This document shows, in pieces, positions 44,251 to 56,361 of a stretch of DNA of 62,806 bases. Below the pieces are notes generated by a model. That model was given only the letters and a program-made list of their open reading frames with translations, did not search any database and had not been told where the DNA came from. Each line of letters opens with the position of its first letter. Within the stretch, counting starts at the first letter, position 1. A program made the position numbers and the translations under genes. Source of the stretch: Candidatus Brocadiia bacterium (GTDB taxonomy: Bacteria; Planctomycetota; Brocadiia; CAIUPP01). Location of the stretch: positions 1 to 62,806 of the forward strand of contig JBEKCB010000032.1 of assembly GCA_050015075.1 (NCBI GenBank), read 5' to 3'.

Positions 44251-44348
44251 ACCGGCGAGCCAGGCGCGGCAACGGCTTTTGCAGTGCAAAACTGCTTTTT
44301 GAATCGGGAGGCGTTCCCGAGGCTTTCAAGGTTTAGGAGGTTGCGCTC

Positions 44349-45437
44349 ATGGCGAGGATGAATTTCGGCGGCGTGGAGGAAACGGTCGTCACGCGGGAAG
44401 AGTTCCCGCTGGCGAAGGCGCGGAAAGTGCTCAAGGACGAAGTGATCGCCGTGCTCGGCTATGGCGTGCAGGGGCCGGCGCAGTCGCTGAATATGCGCGA
44501 TAACGGCATCCCGGTCATCATCGGCCAGCGCAAGACCGACAAGTTCTATTGGGACAAGGCCCTGAAGGACGGCTGGAAACCGGGCAAGACGCTCTTCGAC
44601 ATCGAGGCGGCCGCCGAGCGCGGGACCATCGTCCAGTACCTGGTCTCCGACGCCGCGCAGATGATGCTGTGGCCGAACATCAAGCCCTTCATGACCGCCG
44701 GCAAGGCGCTCTATTTCTCGCACGGGTTCTCCATCGTCTATAAGAAGCAGACGAAGGTGATCCCGCCGAAGGACATTGACGTGATCCTGGTCGCGCCGAA
44801 GGGTTCCGGCACCAGCGTGCGGCGGAACTTCCTCGACGGGAGCGGCATCAACAGCTCCTTCGCCGTCCACCAGGATGCCACCGGCCGCGCTCTCGACCGG
44901 ACCCTGGCACTGGGCATCGCGATCGGGTCGGGCTTCCTGTTCCCGACGAGCTTCGAGAAGGAAGTATACAGCGACCTCACCGGCGAGCGCGGCGTGCTCA
45001 TGGGCTGCCTTGCGGGAGTGATGGAAGCGCAGTACAACGAGCTGCGCAAGCACGGCCACGAGCCGAGCGAGGCATTCAACGAGACGGTCGAGGAGCTGAC
45101 GCAGAGCCTCATCCGGCTGGTCGGCGAGAACGGGATGGACTGGATGTTCGCTAATACCAGCGCCACGGCGCAGCGCGGCGCGCTCGACTGGGCGCCGAAG
45201 TTCCGCAAGGCCGTCGAGCCGGTTTTCCGCGACCTCTACAACCGCGTCAAGAGCGGCAAAGAGACCGCCATCGTGCTCGACAAGAACAGCCGGGCGGATT
45301 ATCGCCAGGAGCTGGGGAAGGAGTTGAAGGTCATCCACGACTCCGAGATGTGGCGCGCCGGCGCAGCGGTCCGCTCGCTGCGGCCGGAGAATTGGAAGAA
45401 GGCGCCGGGCCGCAAAGCCGCGAAACGCGGGAAATGA
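44349..45437 (+). CDS. ilvC: Ketol-acid reductoisomerase
   Basis: GYGVQG.AQ.LN.RD, FSHGF, VAPKG.G, SDL.GERG.L and AFNETVEE motifs. Confidence 0.93.
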   Translation: MARMNFGGVEETVVTREEFPLAKARKVLKDEVIAVLGYGVQGPAQSLNMRDNGIPVIIGQRKTDKFYWDKALKDGWKPGKTLFDIEAAAERGTIVQYLVSDAAQMMLWPNIKPFMTAGKALYFSHGFSIVYKKQTKVIPPKDIDVILVAPKGSGTSVRRNFLDGSGINSSFAVHQDATGRALDRTLALGIAIGSGFLFPTSFEKEVYSDLTGERGVLMGCLAGVMEAQYNELRKHGHEPSEAFNETVEELTQSLIRLVGENGMDWMFANTSATAQRGALDWAPKFRKAVEPVFRDLYNRVKSGKETAIVLDKNSRADYRQELGKELKVIHDSEMWRAGAAVRSLRPENWKKAPGRKAAKRGK

Positions 45438-45530
45438 AAACGACCCCCGAAAGGGTTTGACAGGCATGGACGAGCGGAACGCCGGAGCCGGAACTCCGGC
45501 GTTCCTGTCTGAGGGCAAGGAGGGAAAACC

Positions 45531-47072
45531 ATGCGGCGCATCATGATCTTCGATACGACCCTGAGAGACGGCGAGCAGTCCCCGGGCGCGAGCTTGAACC
45601 TGAAAGAGAAACTGCAGATCGCCCGGCAGCTCGAGCTGCTCAAGGTGGACGTGATCGAAGCCGGTTTTCCCATCACGTCGGCCGGCGATTTCGAGGCGGT
45701 GCAGGCGGTCTCCGAATCGGTGCGCGGCCCGGTCATTTGCGGGCTGGCCCGGACCGTGGAGGCGGACATCGAGCGCGCCTGGCAGGCGCTGCGCAAGGCG
45801 GCGCACCCGCGCATCCACCTCTTCTGCGCCACCAGCGAAATCCATCGCAAGTACAAGCTGCACAAGGCCAAGCCGGAGATTCAGCGCATCGCCGCCGCCA
45901 GCGTCCGGCAGGCCAAGCGGCATTGCCCGGACGTGGAGTTCTCGCCGGAGGACGCTTCGCGCACGGAGCCGCAGTTCCTGGCCGAGGTCGTGACGGCGGT
46001 GATCGAGGCCGGCGCGACGACGGTGAACATTCCCGACACCGTCGGCTACGCGATGCCGGAGCATTTCTCGGAGTTGATCCGGCACCTGCGCAAGCACGTG
46101 CCGAACATCCACGCCGCGACGATCAGCGTGCATTGCCACAACGACCTGGGGCTGGCGGTAGCGAACTCGCTGGCCGCCGTGCAGGCCGGAGCGGACCAGG
46201 TTGAGTGCACGGTCAACGGCCTGGGAGAACGCGCGGGCAATGCCGCGCTCGAGGAGATCGTGATGGCCATCAAGACGCGCCGCGACCTCTTCCAGGCCGT
46301 GACGGGAATCGCCACCCGCCGCCTGCTGGCCACGAGCCGCATGGTGAGCACGCTCACCGGCATGCAGGTGCAGCGCAACAAGGCGATCGTCGGCGAAAAC
46401 GCGTTCGCGCACGAAGCCGGTATCCACCAGGACGGCGTCTTGAAGGAGCGCACGACCTACGAGATCATGCGGCCCGAGGACATCGGCTTGTCGCGCAGCC
46501 ACCTGGTGCTGGGCAAACACTCCGGCCGGCACGCGCTGCGCGTCCGCGCCCGCGAACTCGGGTTCAAGCTGACGGATCAGCAGTTGCAGCTCATGTTCGA
46601 GCGGTTCAAGACGCTGGCCGACAAGAAGAAGGTGGTCTACGACGAGGACATCGAGGCGATCCTGGAGGACGAGTTCGCGCAGGTGACGGAGGTCTATCGG
46701 ATCGAGTCGCTGCACGTGAGCGCCGGGACGCATGCGATCCCCACGGCGACGCTGCGGTTGCGAGGGCCGAAGGACAAACTGCTCGAGGACGCCGCCACCG
46801 GCGACGGGCCGGTGGATGCGGTATATCGCGCCATCGAGCGGCTGACGGGCGTGGCCGCGCGGCTGAAGGACTACCGCATCCGGGCGGTGACGATGGGCAT
46901 GGACGCGCAGGGCGAAGTGTCGGTCGAGGTAGAATGCCAGGGCCAGCGCGTGACGGCGCGCGCCATCAGCACCGATATCATCCAGGCGTCCGCGCTTGCA
47001 TACCTGAAGGCCATCAACGCCGCTCTGGCGCGCCGGCAGCGAAAAGGAAAGCGTCGGCTGCTCAAGCTGTAA
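45531..47072 (+). CDS. leuA: 2-isopropylmalate synthase
   Basis: DTTLRDGEQSPG, HCHNDLG, GERAGN and HEAGIHQDG, with a C-terminal GDGPVDA regulatory domain. Confidence 0.95.
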   Translation: MRRIMIFDTTLRDGEQSPGASLNLKEKLQIARQLELLKVDVIEAGFPITSAGDFEAVQAVSESVRGPVICGLARTVEADIERAWQALRKAAHPRIHLFCATSEIHRKYKLHKAKPEIQRIAAASVRQAKRHCPDVEFSPEDASRTEPQFLAEVVTAVIEAGATTVNIPDTVGYAMPEHFSELIRHLRKHVPNIHAATISVHCHNDLGLAVANSLAAVQAGADQVECTVNGLGERAGNAALEEIVMAIKTRRDLFQAVTGIATRRLLATSRMVSTLTGMQVQRNKAIVGENAFAHEAGIHQDGVLKERTTYEIMRPEDIGLSRSHLVLGKHSGRHALRVRARELGFKLTDQQLQLMFERFKTLADKKKVVYDEDIEAILEDEFAQVTEVYRIESLHVSAGTHAIPTATLRLRGPKDKLLEDAATGDGPVDAVYRAIERLTGVAARLKDYRIRAVTMGMDAQGEVSVEVECQGQRVTARAISTDIIQASALAYLKAINAALARRQRKGKRRLLKL

Positions 47073-47108
47073 TCCCATCTAACTTCATACAAGATAAATA
47101 GATAGGCT

Positions 47109-47143
47109 AGATGGCCGCGCTTCGGGCGCGGCCATCTGTCTTT
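47109..47143 (+). terminator. Hairpin terminator after leuA
   Basis: AGATGGCCGCGC-TTCGG-GCGCGGCCATCT followed by GTCTTT. Confidence 0.65.
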
Positions 47144-47216
47144 CCCGGTTCGCCAGGCAGGGCACCTCTTCAGCTCGCGGCGAAACCGATCATCCGGTCC
47201 TGATTGCTTGATTACC

Positions 47217-47268
47217 TTGACAAAAGTAGTAGACCGGTGTATCATCTCATTAGTTAGCGAACGAACTA
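47217..47268 (+). promoter_or_regulatory. Sigma70 promoter plus candidate repressor operator for the efflux operon
   Basis: TTGACA-N17-TATCAT, then TAGTT-N8-AACTA at 47251-47268. Confidence 0.6.
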
Positions 47269-47390
47269 TTTTCCCGCATATTGAAATGTGAGCAGGGAAA
47301 GCTCGTATTCCGGCGGGACGCCTGAAGGAGCGCCGTGCCGCAGCCTGCGGCGGTCGCCGTCCTTTCAGCCTTTTGACGGAGAAGGACCCA

Positions 47391-48641
47391 ATGCCCGAGG
47401 ACAAGCCGAATGAGGAAGCTCGCCTTATCTTTCCCGTCGCGCCTGATGATCAACCGCCCGAAAGGACAGGCCGGAGCTGGCCGTGGGTTGTGATCGTGCT
47501 CGCCGTCGTTCTGGGAATCGGTTTGCTCGTGTACTTGCGCCTTCGGACGCCTCCCGTCATACCGCACGCGCCTGCGCCGGTCGAGATCGCGCTGGCCAAG
47601 GCGCAGAAGGGCGCGATCCCGGTCTATGTCAACGGGCTGGGCACCGTGACGCCGTTGGCGACGGTGACCATCCTCAGCCGCGTGGACGGGCAGATCACGA
47701 AGGTGAATTACACGGAAGGGCAGATCGTCCCCCAAGGCTTTGTGCTGCTGCAAATTGACTCCAGGCCGTACGATGCTCAACTGACGACGGCGCAAGGGCA
47801 GCTCCAGCATGATCGGGAGACGCTGGCGGAAGCGAAGATCAACCAGGCGCGATACGAGGAGGCGTACACACAGAAGGCGATTCCCAAACAGCAATTCGAC
47901 GATCAGGCGTCGCTCGTCCGCCAGTTGGAAGGCACGGTCAAGTTCGACGAAGGCCAGGTGGCCAGCGCGCAGACACAGGTGGATTATTGCAGCATCCAGG
48001 CGCCCGTGGCCGGGCTGGTCGGGCTTCGGCTGGTTGACGTCGGAAACATTGTCCATGCGGCCGGTACCACCGGCATGGTCGTGATCACGCAGCTTCAGCC
48101 GATCACCGTCATTTTCAGCGTCGCCGAGGATTACCTGCCGGCGATCCAGGAGCAGTTGCGGCAGGGACATGTGCTGACGGTCGAGGCGTGGGACCGCGCC
48201 CAGAAGAAGAAGATCGCGACGGGGACGCTCCTGGCGCTGGACAGCCAGATTGACACCACTACCGGCACGATCCGACTGAAAGCGCAGTTCGACAACAAGG
48301 ACGATATGCTCTTTCCCAACCAGTTCGTGAATGCGCGGCTGCTGGTCAATACGCTGAGCGACGTCACGCTCGTCCCGGACGGGACGATCCAGCGCGGCGG
48401 CAACGGCGCGTTCGTTTATGTGGTGAAACCGGACAACACCCTCGAGATGCGGCCGGTGAAAGTTGGAATCACCGAAGGCGGCACGGCGTCGGTGACGGGA
48501 GTGGAGCCGGACGAGACCATCGCGGCGGATAACTTCAACCGGCTCCAGGAAGGCATGGCGGTCACCGAGCGCAAGGCGTCCAACGGAGCGGACGAGGGAA
48601 CTCCCCACGACACGAAATCTTCCAAGGGCCAGAAACCATGA
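47391..48641 (+). CDS. mdtA: RND periplasmic adaptor, MdtA-like
   Basis: GLGTV.P..TV...SRVDG, I.AP..G.VGLR.VD.GN, ID.TTGT and LFPNQFVN motifs. Confidence 0.88.
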   Translation: MPEDKPNEEARLIFPVAPDDQPPERTGRSWPWVVIVLAVVLGIGLLVYLRLRTPPVIPHAPAPVEIALAKAQKGAIPVYVNGLGTVTPLATVTILSRVDGQITKVNYTEGQIVPQGFVLLQIDSRPYDAQLTTAQGQLQHDRETLAEAKINQARYEEAYTQKAIPKQQFDDQASLVRQLEGTVKFDEGQVASAQTQVDYCSIQAPVAGLVGLRLVDVGNIVHAAGTTGMVVITQLQPITVIFSVAEDYLPAIQEQLRQGHVLTVEAWDRAQKKKIATGTLLALDSQIDTTTGTIRLKAQFDNKDDMLFPNQFVNARLLVNTLSDVTLVPDGTIQRGGNGAFVYVVKPDNTLEMRPVKVGITEGGTASVTGVEPDETIAADNFNRLQEGMAVTERKASNGADEGTPHDTKSSKGQKP

Positions 48642-51600
48642 GCCCGTCGCGCCCATTCATTCTGCGGCCGGTCGCCACGTCGTTGCTGATGGCCGCAATC
48701 CTCCTCGCCGGGCTGGTGGCCTACAACCAATTGCCTGTCTCGGCGCTGCCGGAAGTGGATTACCCGACGATCCAGGTGGTGACGTTCTATCCTGGGGCAA
48801 GCCCGGACGTGATGGCCTCCGCCGTCACCGCGCCGCTGGAGCGGCAGTTCGGGCAGGTGCCGGGGCTGAACCAGATGACCTCGACCAGCTCCACCGGCAG
48901 CTCGGTCATCATCATGCAGTTCTCGCTCTTCATGGACATTGACGTCGCGGAGCAGCAGGTCCAGGCGGCGATCAACGCGGCTACGACGTACCTGCCCTCG
49001 AACCTTCCGTCGCCGCCGATCTACAGCAAATCGAACCCTGCCGATGCGCCGGTGCTGACGCTGGCGCTGACGTCGGACGCGATTCCACTCTCGCAGGTGG
49101 AGGACCTGGCCGACACGCGGCTGGTGCAGAAGATCGCGCAGTTGCCGGGCATCGGCCTGGTGACCATCGCAGGCGGCCAGAAGCCCGCGGTGCGGATCCA
49201 GGCGAACCCCACCGCGCTGCTGGCCTACGGAGTCAGCCTCGAGGACCTGCGGGCGGCGCTCCAGGCGACGAGCCTGAACCAGGCCGTCGGCAATTTCGAC
49301 GGACCGCAGCAGTCCTACCTCATCGGCGCGAACGACCAGTTGCTGACGAGCGCGGAGTACCGCGCCATCCCGATCGCGTTCCGGAACGGCGCGCCGGTGA
49401 TGCTCTCGGACGTGGCCACGATCGTGGATGATGTCGAAAACGTCAAGCAGGCCGCGTGGATGAACCAAACGCCGGCGGTGATCGTCAACATCCAGCGCCA
49501 GCCCGGCGCGAACATCATCGAGGTCGTGAACCGCGTCCGCGCGCGCCTGCCGCAACTGCAGTTGACGCTGCCGGGTTCCGTCCACGTTTCCATTCTGACC
49601 GACCGTACCACGACCATCCGCGCCTCGGTCCGCGATGTCGAGTTCGAGCTCATGCTCACCGTGGCGCTCGTCGTGCTGGTGATTTTCCTTTTCCTGCGGA
49701 CGCTGTCGGCGACGGTCATCCCCAGCGTGGCGGTGCCGCTTTCGCTGATCGGCACCTTCGCTTTGATGTATCTGCTCGGCTACAGTCTGAACAACCTGAC
49801 GCTCATGGCGCTGACGATCTCGACCGGCTTTGTGGTGGACGATGCGATCGTGATGATCGAGAACATCGTCCGCTACATCGAGCAGGGCGATCAGCCGCTG
49901 CAGGCGGCGTTGAAAGGGGCCGAGCAGATCGGGTTCACCATCATGTCGCTGACCGTGTCGCTCATCGCGGTGCTGATCCCGGTGCTGTTCATGGGCGACA
50001 TCGTCGGGCGGCTGTTCCGCGAATTCGCGATCACCCTTTGCGTGACCATCCTGATTTCCGCCGTGGTCTCGCTGACGCTGACGCCGATGATGTGCTCGCT
50101 GCTGCTGCGCCCGAGAACCGAGTCGGCCGAGGGATGGTTCTACCGTAAATCGGAGAGCTTTTTCGAGGCCGTCATCCGGTTTTACGGCCGGACGCTCCGG
50201 GCGGTCCTGAAGCACCAGCCGACCGTCCTGATCGTGGCCGCGGCGACGCTGCTCCTGACCGTCGTGCTGTATATCATCGTGCCGAAAGGGTTCTTCCCGG
50301 TGCAGGACACGGGCGTCATTCAAGCCATCTCCGAGGCGCCTCAGACGATTTCATTCCCGGCGATGGCGCGCCGGCAGCAGGCGCTCGCCGAGGTCATCCT
50401 CAAGGATCCGGCGGTCGAGAGCCTTTCCACGTTCATCGGCGTGGACGGCGTCAACACCACGTTGAACAGCGGGCGCGTCCTCATCAATCTCAAGCCGCTC
50501 GACGAGCGCAAGATCAGCGCCACGGACGTGATGCACCGCCTCGAGCCGGAGCTGGCGAAGGTCGAGGGCATCACGCTGTACATGCAGCCGATCCAGGACC
50601 TGACCGTGGAAGACCGCGTCAGCCGGACGCAGTACCAATATACACTCGAAGGTCCCGACCTGGCGGAGCTCCACACCTGGACCATGAAGTTCATGGACAA
50701 GCTCAGGGCGTTGCCGCAGCTTCGCGACCTGGCGACCGATGAGCAGCCCGGCGGCCTGCAGGCGTCGCTGGTCGTGGACCGCCAGACGGCTTCGCGGCTG
50801 GGGATTACGCCGCAGGCGGTGGACAACACGCTCTACGATGCCTTCGGCCAGCGGCAGATCCTGACGTTGTTCACCCAACTGAACCAGTACCACCTGGTCC
50901 TGGAAACGCTGCCGGACTTCCAGAAGAACCCGTCCAAATTGCAGGACATCTACGTCCCTTCGACGACCGGCGGCGCGGTGCCGCTCAGCGCGTTCAGCCA
51001 TTTTGAAATGCAAACGGGGCCCCTGTCGGTCAACCATCAGGGCCAATTCCCGTGCGTCACCATCTCCTACAATTTGCCGGCCGGGACGTCGCTGGGCGAG
51101 GCGGCGGCAGCGATCGAGCAGACGCGGCAGCAAATCCAGATGCCGCTGTCCATTCAGGCATCGTTCCAGGGCACGGCCAAGTCTTTCCAGGCGTCGCTGA
51201 CGAACGAGCCTCTCCTGATCCTGGCCGCCATCGTGACGGTCTACCTCGTGCTCGGAGTCCTGTACGAAAGCTACATCCACCCGGTCACGATCCTCTCGAC
51301 GCTGCCGTCGGCCGGCGTCGGCGCGCTGCTGGCGCTGCTGATCTGCGGGTCGGAATTGAGCGTGGTGGCGATCATCGGCATCATCCTGCTGATCGGCATC
51401 GTGCAGAAGAACGCGATTATGATGATTGACTTCGCGCTCGACGCGCAGCGCAAGGAAAAGAAGACCTCGACGGACGCGATCTACCAGGCCTGCCTGCTTC
51501 GGTTGCGCCCGATCCTGATGACGACGATGACCGCGCTGCTGGGCGGGCTGCCGCTGGCGCTCGGCGGCGGCGTGGGCGCTGAGCTGCGGCGGCCGCTCGG

Positions 51601-51754
51601 CATCGCCATCGTGGGCGGGCTGCTCCTGAGCCAGTTGCTCACCCTGTACACGACGCCGGTGATCTACATTTTCTTCGACCGGATCGGCGGGAAGCTGACG
51701 GCGACGCACGCCATCGAAACGAACGGAGATCCGGATCCGGTGAAGCAGCCATGA
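48638..51754 (+). CDS. mdtB: RND transporter, MdtB-like
   Basis: [28 protein letters not shown] and GFVVDDAIV; 1038 aa. Confidence 0.9.
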   Translation: MSPSRPFILRPVATSLLMAAILLAGLVAYNQLPVSALPEVDYPTIQVVTFYPGASPDVMASAVTAPLERQFGQVPGLNQMTSTSSTGSSVIIMQFSLFMDIDVAEQQVQAAINAATTYLPSNLPSPPIYSKSNPADAPVLTLALTSDAIPLSQVEDLADTRLVQKIAQLPGIGLVTIAGGQKPAVRIQANPTALLAYGVSLEDLRAALQATSLNQAVGNFDGPQQSYLIGANDQLLTSAEYRAIPIAFRNGAPVMLSDVATIVDDVENVKQAAWMNQTPAVIVNIQRQPGANIIEVVNRVRARLPQLQLTLPGSVHVSILTDRTTTIRASVRDVEFELMLTVALVVLVIFLFLRTLSATVIPSVAVPLSLIGTFALMYLLGYSLNNLTLMALTISTGFVVDDAIVMIENIVRYIEQGDQPLQAALKGAEQIGFTIMSLTVSLIAVLIPVLFMGDIVGRLFREFAITLCVTILISAVVSLTLTPMMCSLLLRPRTESAEGWFYRKSESFFEAVIRFYGRTLRAVLKHQPTVLIVAAATLLLTVVLYIIVPKGFFPVQDTGVIQAISEAPQTISFPAMARRQQALAEVILKDPAVESLSTFIGVDGVNTTLNSGRVLINLKPLDERKISATDVMHRLEPELAKVEGITLYMQPIQDLTVEDRVSRTQYQYTLEGPDLAELHTWTMKFMDKLRALPQLRDLATDEQPGGLQASLVVDRQTASRLGITPQAVDNTLYDAFGQRQILTLFTQLNQYHLVLETLPDFQKNPSKLQDIYVPSTTGGAVPLSAFSHFEMQTGPLSVNHQGQFPCVTISYNLPAGTSLGEAAAAIEQTRQQIQMPLSIQASFQGTAKSFQASLTNEPLLILAAIVTVYLVLGVLYESYIHPVTILSTLPSAGVGALLALLICGSELSVVAIIGIILLIGIVQKNAIMMIDFALDAQRKEKKTSTDAIYQACLLRLRPILMTTMTALLGGLPLALGGGVGAELRRPLGIAIVGGLLLSQLLTLYTTPVIYIFFDRIGGKLTATHAIETNGDPDPVKQP

Positions 51755-54700
51755 GCCTTTCCTCGCCATTCATCCATCGGCCGGTGGCCACGACGCTGCT
51801 GACGGCGGCCATCGCGCTCGGCGGGGCGATCGCGTTCCTGATGCTGCCCGTGTCGCCGCTGCCGCAGGTGGATTTTCCAACCATTTCCGTCGGCGCGAGC
51901 CTGCCGGGCGCCAGCCCGGAGATCATGGCTTCGTCGGTCGCCACGCCGCTGGAACGCCAGTTCGGCCGCATCTCCAGCGTGACCGAAATGACCTCCACGA
52001 GCACGCTGGGCTCGACCGGCATCACCCTGCAGTTCGCCCTGGACCGGAACATTGACGGCGCCGCTCGCGATGTGCAGGCCGCTATCAACGCCGCCAGCGC
52101 GTATTTGCCTTCCAACCTGCCGAGCAAGCCGACGTGGCGAAAGGTGAACCCGTCCGACGCGCCGATCATGATCTTGGCGCTGACCTCCGACGTCTACGGC
52201 CGCGGGCGCCTGTACGATGCGGCGTCCACGATTCTCATGCAGAGGCTTTCGCAGATCGACGGCGTCGGCCAGGTCATCGTCGGCGGCGGCTCGCTTCCCG
52301 GAGTTCGCGTGGAAGTCAACCCGACGCAGTTGAACGGCTACGGGCTCGGCCTGCGGGACGTCGCCAACGTACTGAGCCGGCAGAACGCCAACGCGCCCAA
52401 GGGCCAGGTCTCGGACGATGCGACCACCGCGGACATCACTGTCAACGATCAGTTGCTCCAGGCGGCGGACTACCAGCCGCTGATCGTTGGCTACCAGAAC
52501 GGCAACGCCGTCAAGCTTTCGGACTTCGCCAGCGTCGTGGACTCGGTGGAAGACGTGCGGGCGGCTGGCTTCGCCAACGGCAAGCCCAGCGTGCTCCTGG
52601 TGATCTTCAAGCAGCCGCAGGCGAACGTGATTGACGCCGTGGACCGCATCACTGCCGCGCTGCCGGCGCTGAGAGCGTCCATCCCGCAGGCGATTGACCT
52701 GGCGGTCATGATGGACCGGACGACCACGATCCGGGCGTCGGTCCGCGACGTGGAGATCACGCTGGCCATCTCGGTCTCGCTGGTGATCCTGGTGGTCTTC
52801 CTCTTTCTCCGCAACGTGCGCGCGACGCTGATTCCAGGCGTGGCGGTCCCGGTCTCGCTGATCGGCACGTTCGGCGTCATGTACCTTTGTCATTACAGCC
52901 TCGACAATCTCTCGCTGATGGCGATGACGATCTCGACGGGGTTCGTCGTGGACGACGCGATCGTGGTGATCGAGAACATCACGCGCCACCTCGAACAGGG
53001 CATGGCGCCGATGGACGCAGCCTTGCGGGGCGCGCGCGAAATCGGGTTCACGGTCGTCTCCATCAGCCTGTCGCTCGTGACGGTCTTCACGCCGATCCTG
53101 CTGATGGGCGGCATCGTCGGGCGGCTGTTCCGCGAGTTCGCGGTCACGCTCTCGGTGGCCATCATCGTTTCGCTCGGCGTCTCGCTGACCACCACGCCGA
53201 TGATGTGCTCGCGGCTTCTGAGGCACCACCGCAAGGAGGACGAAGGGAAATTCTACCGCGCCACCGGCAGGGTGCTCGCCGGGATGCTGAGCGTCTATGA
53301 GCGCAGCCTGTCCTGGGTGCTGCGGCATCCTTTCCTCACGCTCAGCACGCTGATCGTGACGATCGCGTTCAATGTGTACCTGTTCATCACCATACCCAGG
53401 GGCTTTTTCCCGCAGCAGGATACGGGCGTTGTGTTCGGCCGCGTGCTGGGCACGCAGAACAGTTCGTTCCAGGCGATGCAGGCGGCGATGCTGCGCATCG
53501 TGGACATCGTCAAGGCGGACCCGGCCGTGGACAATGTCGTCGCCTTCACCGGCGGCGGTACGGGCACGGACACCGGAAGTCTGTTCATCGCATTGAAGCC
53601 GGGCAACCGGCGCAACGCAACCGCCGACCAGGTCATCGCCCGGCTGCGCCGCCCGGCTTCGAAAGTGGCTGGAGTAACGATGTACCTCCAGGCCAGCCAG
53701 GACCTGCGGATCGGCGGCCGGTCGAGCCCGGCGCAGTACCAGTACACCGTCTGGTGCGATAACCTGCAGGACCTGGTCACGTGGGGGCCGATCATACTCG
53801 CGAAGATGAAGAAACTCCACGGACTGACCGACGTGAACAGCGATCAGCGCAACGACGGACTTCAGGCGCACCTCGATTACGACCGGGCGACGGCCATGCG
53901 GATGGGAATCACGCCGCAGGTGCTGGACTCCACCCTTTACGGCGCCTTCGGGCAGGAGCAGGTCTCGACGATGTACACGGCGCTGAACCAGTACCACGTC
54001 GTCATGGAGGTCGCGCCCAAATACTGGCAGAGCCCGGAAGGGCTGAACTACGTTTATCTCCCGACCGGGACCAGCGGGCAGGTTCCTTTGAGCGCGATGA
54101 CGCATTTCGAGGCCGGCACGGCGCCCATCGCGGTGAACCACCAGGGACAGTTTCCCTCGGTGACGGTGTCGTTCAACTTGGCGCCCGGCATGGCGCTCAG
54201 CGACGCCCGCGATGAGGTCAACAAGATGAAGCAGGATGCCGGCATGCCGGCGAGCATTCGCGGCGACTTCTCGGGCACGTTCCAGGCCTTCACGGCGTCC
54301 CTGTCCACCGAACCCTGGCTGATCGCCATCGCGGTGGTGGCCGTCTACATTGTGCTGGGCGTCCTTTACGAAAGCTACATTCACCCGATCACGATTCTTT
54401 CCACGCTGCCGTCGGCGGGTCTCGGCGCGGTGCTGGCGCTGATGCTCTGTCGTACGGACCTCAGCATTATCGCGCTCATCGGGATCATCCTGCTCATCGG
54501 CATCGTCAAGAAGAATGCGATCCTGATGATTGACTTCGCGCTGGATGCGGAGCGCAATGAGGGCAAGAGTTCGAAGGACGCCACCTTCCAGGCCTGTTTA
54601 CTGCGGTTTCGGCCCATCCTGATGACCACGATGGCCGCAATGCTCGGCGCCATGCCGCTCGTCGTGGGGTTGGGCACCGGCTCGGAGTTGCGCCGGCCGC

Positions 54701-54861
54701 TTGGAATCGCCATCGTCGGCGGGCTGGCGGTGAGCCAGGTGTTGACCCTTTACACGACGCCGGTCGTCTATCTCTATCTGGACCGCGTCGCCGTCTGGTG
54801 GAAGCGGGTGCACGGAAAACCCGTGCGCGAGGTCTCACAGGAGGTTGAAGTAAACACATGA
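51751..54861 (+). CDS. mdtC: RND transporter, MdtC-like
   Basis: [24 protein letters not shown] and GFVVDDAIV; 1036 aa. Confidence 0.9.
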   Translation: MSLSSPFIHRPVATTLLTAAIALGGAIAFLMLPVSPLPQVDFPTISVGASLPGASPEIMASSVATPLERQFGRISSVTEMTSTSTLGSTGITLQFALDRNIDGAARDVQAAINAASAYLPSNLPSKPTWRKVNPSDAPIMILALTSDVYGRGRLYDAASTILMQRLSQIDGVGQVIVGGGSLPGVRVEVNPTQLNGYGLGLRDVANVLSRQNANAPKGQVSDDATTADITVNDQLLQAADYQPLIVGYQNGNAVKLSDFASVVDSVEDVRAAGFANGKPSVLLVIFKQPQANVIDAVDRITAALPALRASIPQAIDLAVMMDRTTTIRASVRDVEITLAISVSLVILVVFLFLRNVRATLIPGVAVPVSLIGTFGVMYLCHYSLDNLSLMAMTISTGFVVDDAIVVIENITRHLEQGMAPMDAALRGAREIGFTVVSISLSLVTVFTPILLMGGIVGRLFREFAVTLSVAIIVSLGVSLTTTPMMCSRLLRHHRKEDEGKFYRATGRVLAGMLSVYERSLSWVLRHPFLTLSTLIVTIAFNVYLFITIPRGFFPQQDTGVVFGRVLGTQNSSFQAMQAAMLRIVDIVKADPAVDNVVAFTGGGTGTDTGSLFIALKPGNRRNATADQVIARLRRPASKVAGVTMYLQASQDLRIGGRSSPAQYQYTVWCDNLQDLVTWGPIILAKMKKLHGLTDVNSDQRNDGLQAHLDYDRATAMRMGITPQVLDSTLYGAFGQEQVSTMYTALNQYHVVMEVAPKYWQSPEGLNYVYLPTGTSGQVPLSAMTHFEAGTAPIAVNHQGQFPSVTVSFNLAPGMALSDARDEVNKMKQDAGMPASIRGDFSGTFQAFTASLSTEPWLIAIAVVAVYIVLGVLYESYIHPITILSTLPSAGLGAVLALMLCRTDLSIIALIGIILLIGIVKKNAILMIDFALDAERNEGKSSKDATFQACLLRFRPILMTTMAAMLGAMPLVVGLGTGSELRRPLGIAIVGGLAVSQVLTLYTTPVVYLYLDRVAVWWKRVHGKPVREVSQEVEVNT

Positions 54862-56339
54862 ACCCGAGATTCTCGATCATCGCCGTTTGGGCGGCGGCTC
54901 TTGCGCTGTGGATCGGCGGGTGCAATTTCGCCCCGAAATATCAGAAGCCGTCCGTGGAGACGCCGGACGCGTTCAAGGAAGCCGCCGACTGGAAGCCGGC
55001 GCAGCCGAAAGACGACGCGCGCCGCGGCAACTGGTGGGAGATCTTCGGCGACCCGCAATTGAACGCGCTCGAGGAGCAGGTGAGCGTCTCGAACCAGAAC
55101 ATCGCCGCTGCGTTCGCCAATTTCCTGGCGGCGCGCGCCGTGGTCAAGGAGGCCCGCGCGGCTTATTACCCGGTGCTCACGACGGCGCCTTCCGCAACCC
55201 GCGCGTATGAGTCCGGCACGCCGCCGCCGTCGGCCGCCAGGGCGGAACAAAACTGGAGCATCTACCTGCTGCCGTTCGACGCCTCGTGGGTGCCGGACCT
55301 GTGGGGCAATATCCGCAACAACGTGAATGCGAATACCTTCGCGGCCCAGGCGAGTGCAGCCACGCTTGAAGGGCTGCTGCTGACCTCGCAGGCGGACCTC
55401 GCCGCTGATTATTATCAACTTCGCGCGCAGGATATGCTGATTCAGGTGAACACCGATACGGTGGCCGCCGATCAGAAGAACCTGGATCTGCTCAAGGTCC
55501 AGTACGCCGCCGGCATCGCTTCGGACGAAGACGTCTCGCAGGCTGAAACTCTGTTAAGAACCGTGCAGGCGCAGACCACCGGCCTCGGGATCGCGCGCGC
55601 CCAGCTCGAGCACGCGATCGCTCTGCTGATCGGCAAACCGGCGTCGTCGTTTTCGATCGCGGTCGAGCCTTTCAAGGCAACCCCCCCGGCGATTCCTGTC
55701 GGCATTCCGTCGCAACTTCTCGAGCGGCGCCCGGACGTCGCCGCATCGGAGCGCAACGTCGCCGCCGCGAACGAGCAGATCGGCATCGCGAAAGCGGCCT
55801 TCTTTCCGACGCTGACGCTGACCGGTTCGGCGGGATTGGAAAGCGGCGACCCGATCGGGGACCTCATCAAAGATCCGATCAAACTCTGGTCCGTCGGCGC
55901 AGGGCTGACCGAGACGATCTTCGACGCCGGCCTGCGAAGCGCCGTTGTAGAACAGAGTCGGGCGCAATATTCTGCCACTGTCGCCACCTACCGCCAGACG
56001 GTGCTGACGGCCTTCCAGGAAGTCGAGGACAGCCTGGCGGCGCTGCGCATCCTCTCGAAGCAGCTGAGTCAGGAGGATGCCGCAGTCCAGTCGGCCGCGC
56101 GCACCCTGGCGCTTGCCACGCACCGGTATGAACTCGGGATAGACAGCTACCTCAACGTCATCACCGCGCAACTCGCTCTCTTGACTAACCAGCAGACTGC
56201 CGTTACCATCCGGTCCCAGCAGATGACCTCCAGCGTCCAGCTCATCGTCGCGTTGGGCGGCGGCTGGGACGTCGCGGAACTGCCGACGCCGGAGCAAATC
56301 ACCGGCAAGGCGCCGGAGAGTGCGAGTTCAACGCGGTAA
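54858..56339 (+). CDS. Outer membrane efflux lipoprotein (NodT/OprM family)
   Basis: Lipobox IGGC, WW..FGDPQL, LLERRPDVAA and ALGGGW motifs. Confidence 0.9.
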   Translation: MNPRFSIIAVWAAALALWIGGCNFAPKYQKPSVETPDAFKEAADWKPAQPKDDARRGNWWEIFGDPQLNALEEQVSVSNQNIAAAFANFLAARAVVKEARAAYYPVLTTAPSATRAYESGTPPPSAARAEQNWSIYLLPFDASWVPDLWGNIRNNVNANTFAAQASAATLEGLLLTSQADLAADYYQLRAQDMLIQVNTDTVAADQKNLDLLKVQYAAGIASDEDVSQAETLLRTVQAQTTGLGIARAQLEHAIALLIGKPASSFSIAVEPFKATPPAIPVGIPSQLLERRPDVAASERNVAAANEQIGIAKAAFFPTLTLTGSAGLESGDPIGDLIKDPIKLWSVGAGLTETIFDAGLRSAVVEQSRAQYSATVATYRQTVLTAFQEVEDSLAALRILSKQLSQEDAAVQSAARTLALATHRYELGIDSYLNVITAQLALLTNQQTAVTIRSQQMTSSVQLIVALGGGWDVAELPTPEQITGKAPESASSTR

Positions 56340-56361
56340 CACACACAGGGAGAGGGCTTCA

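Noticed and set aside
48638-54861. Recent tandem duplication of RND genes
   Set aside because: Normal MdtB/MdtC heteromeric pair with divergent sequences.
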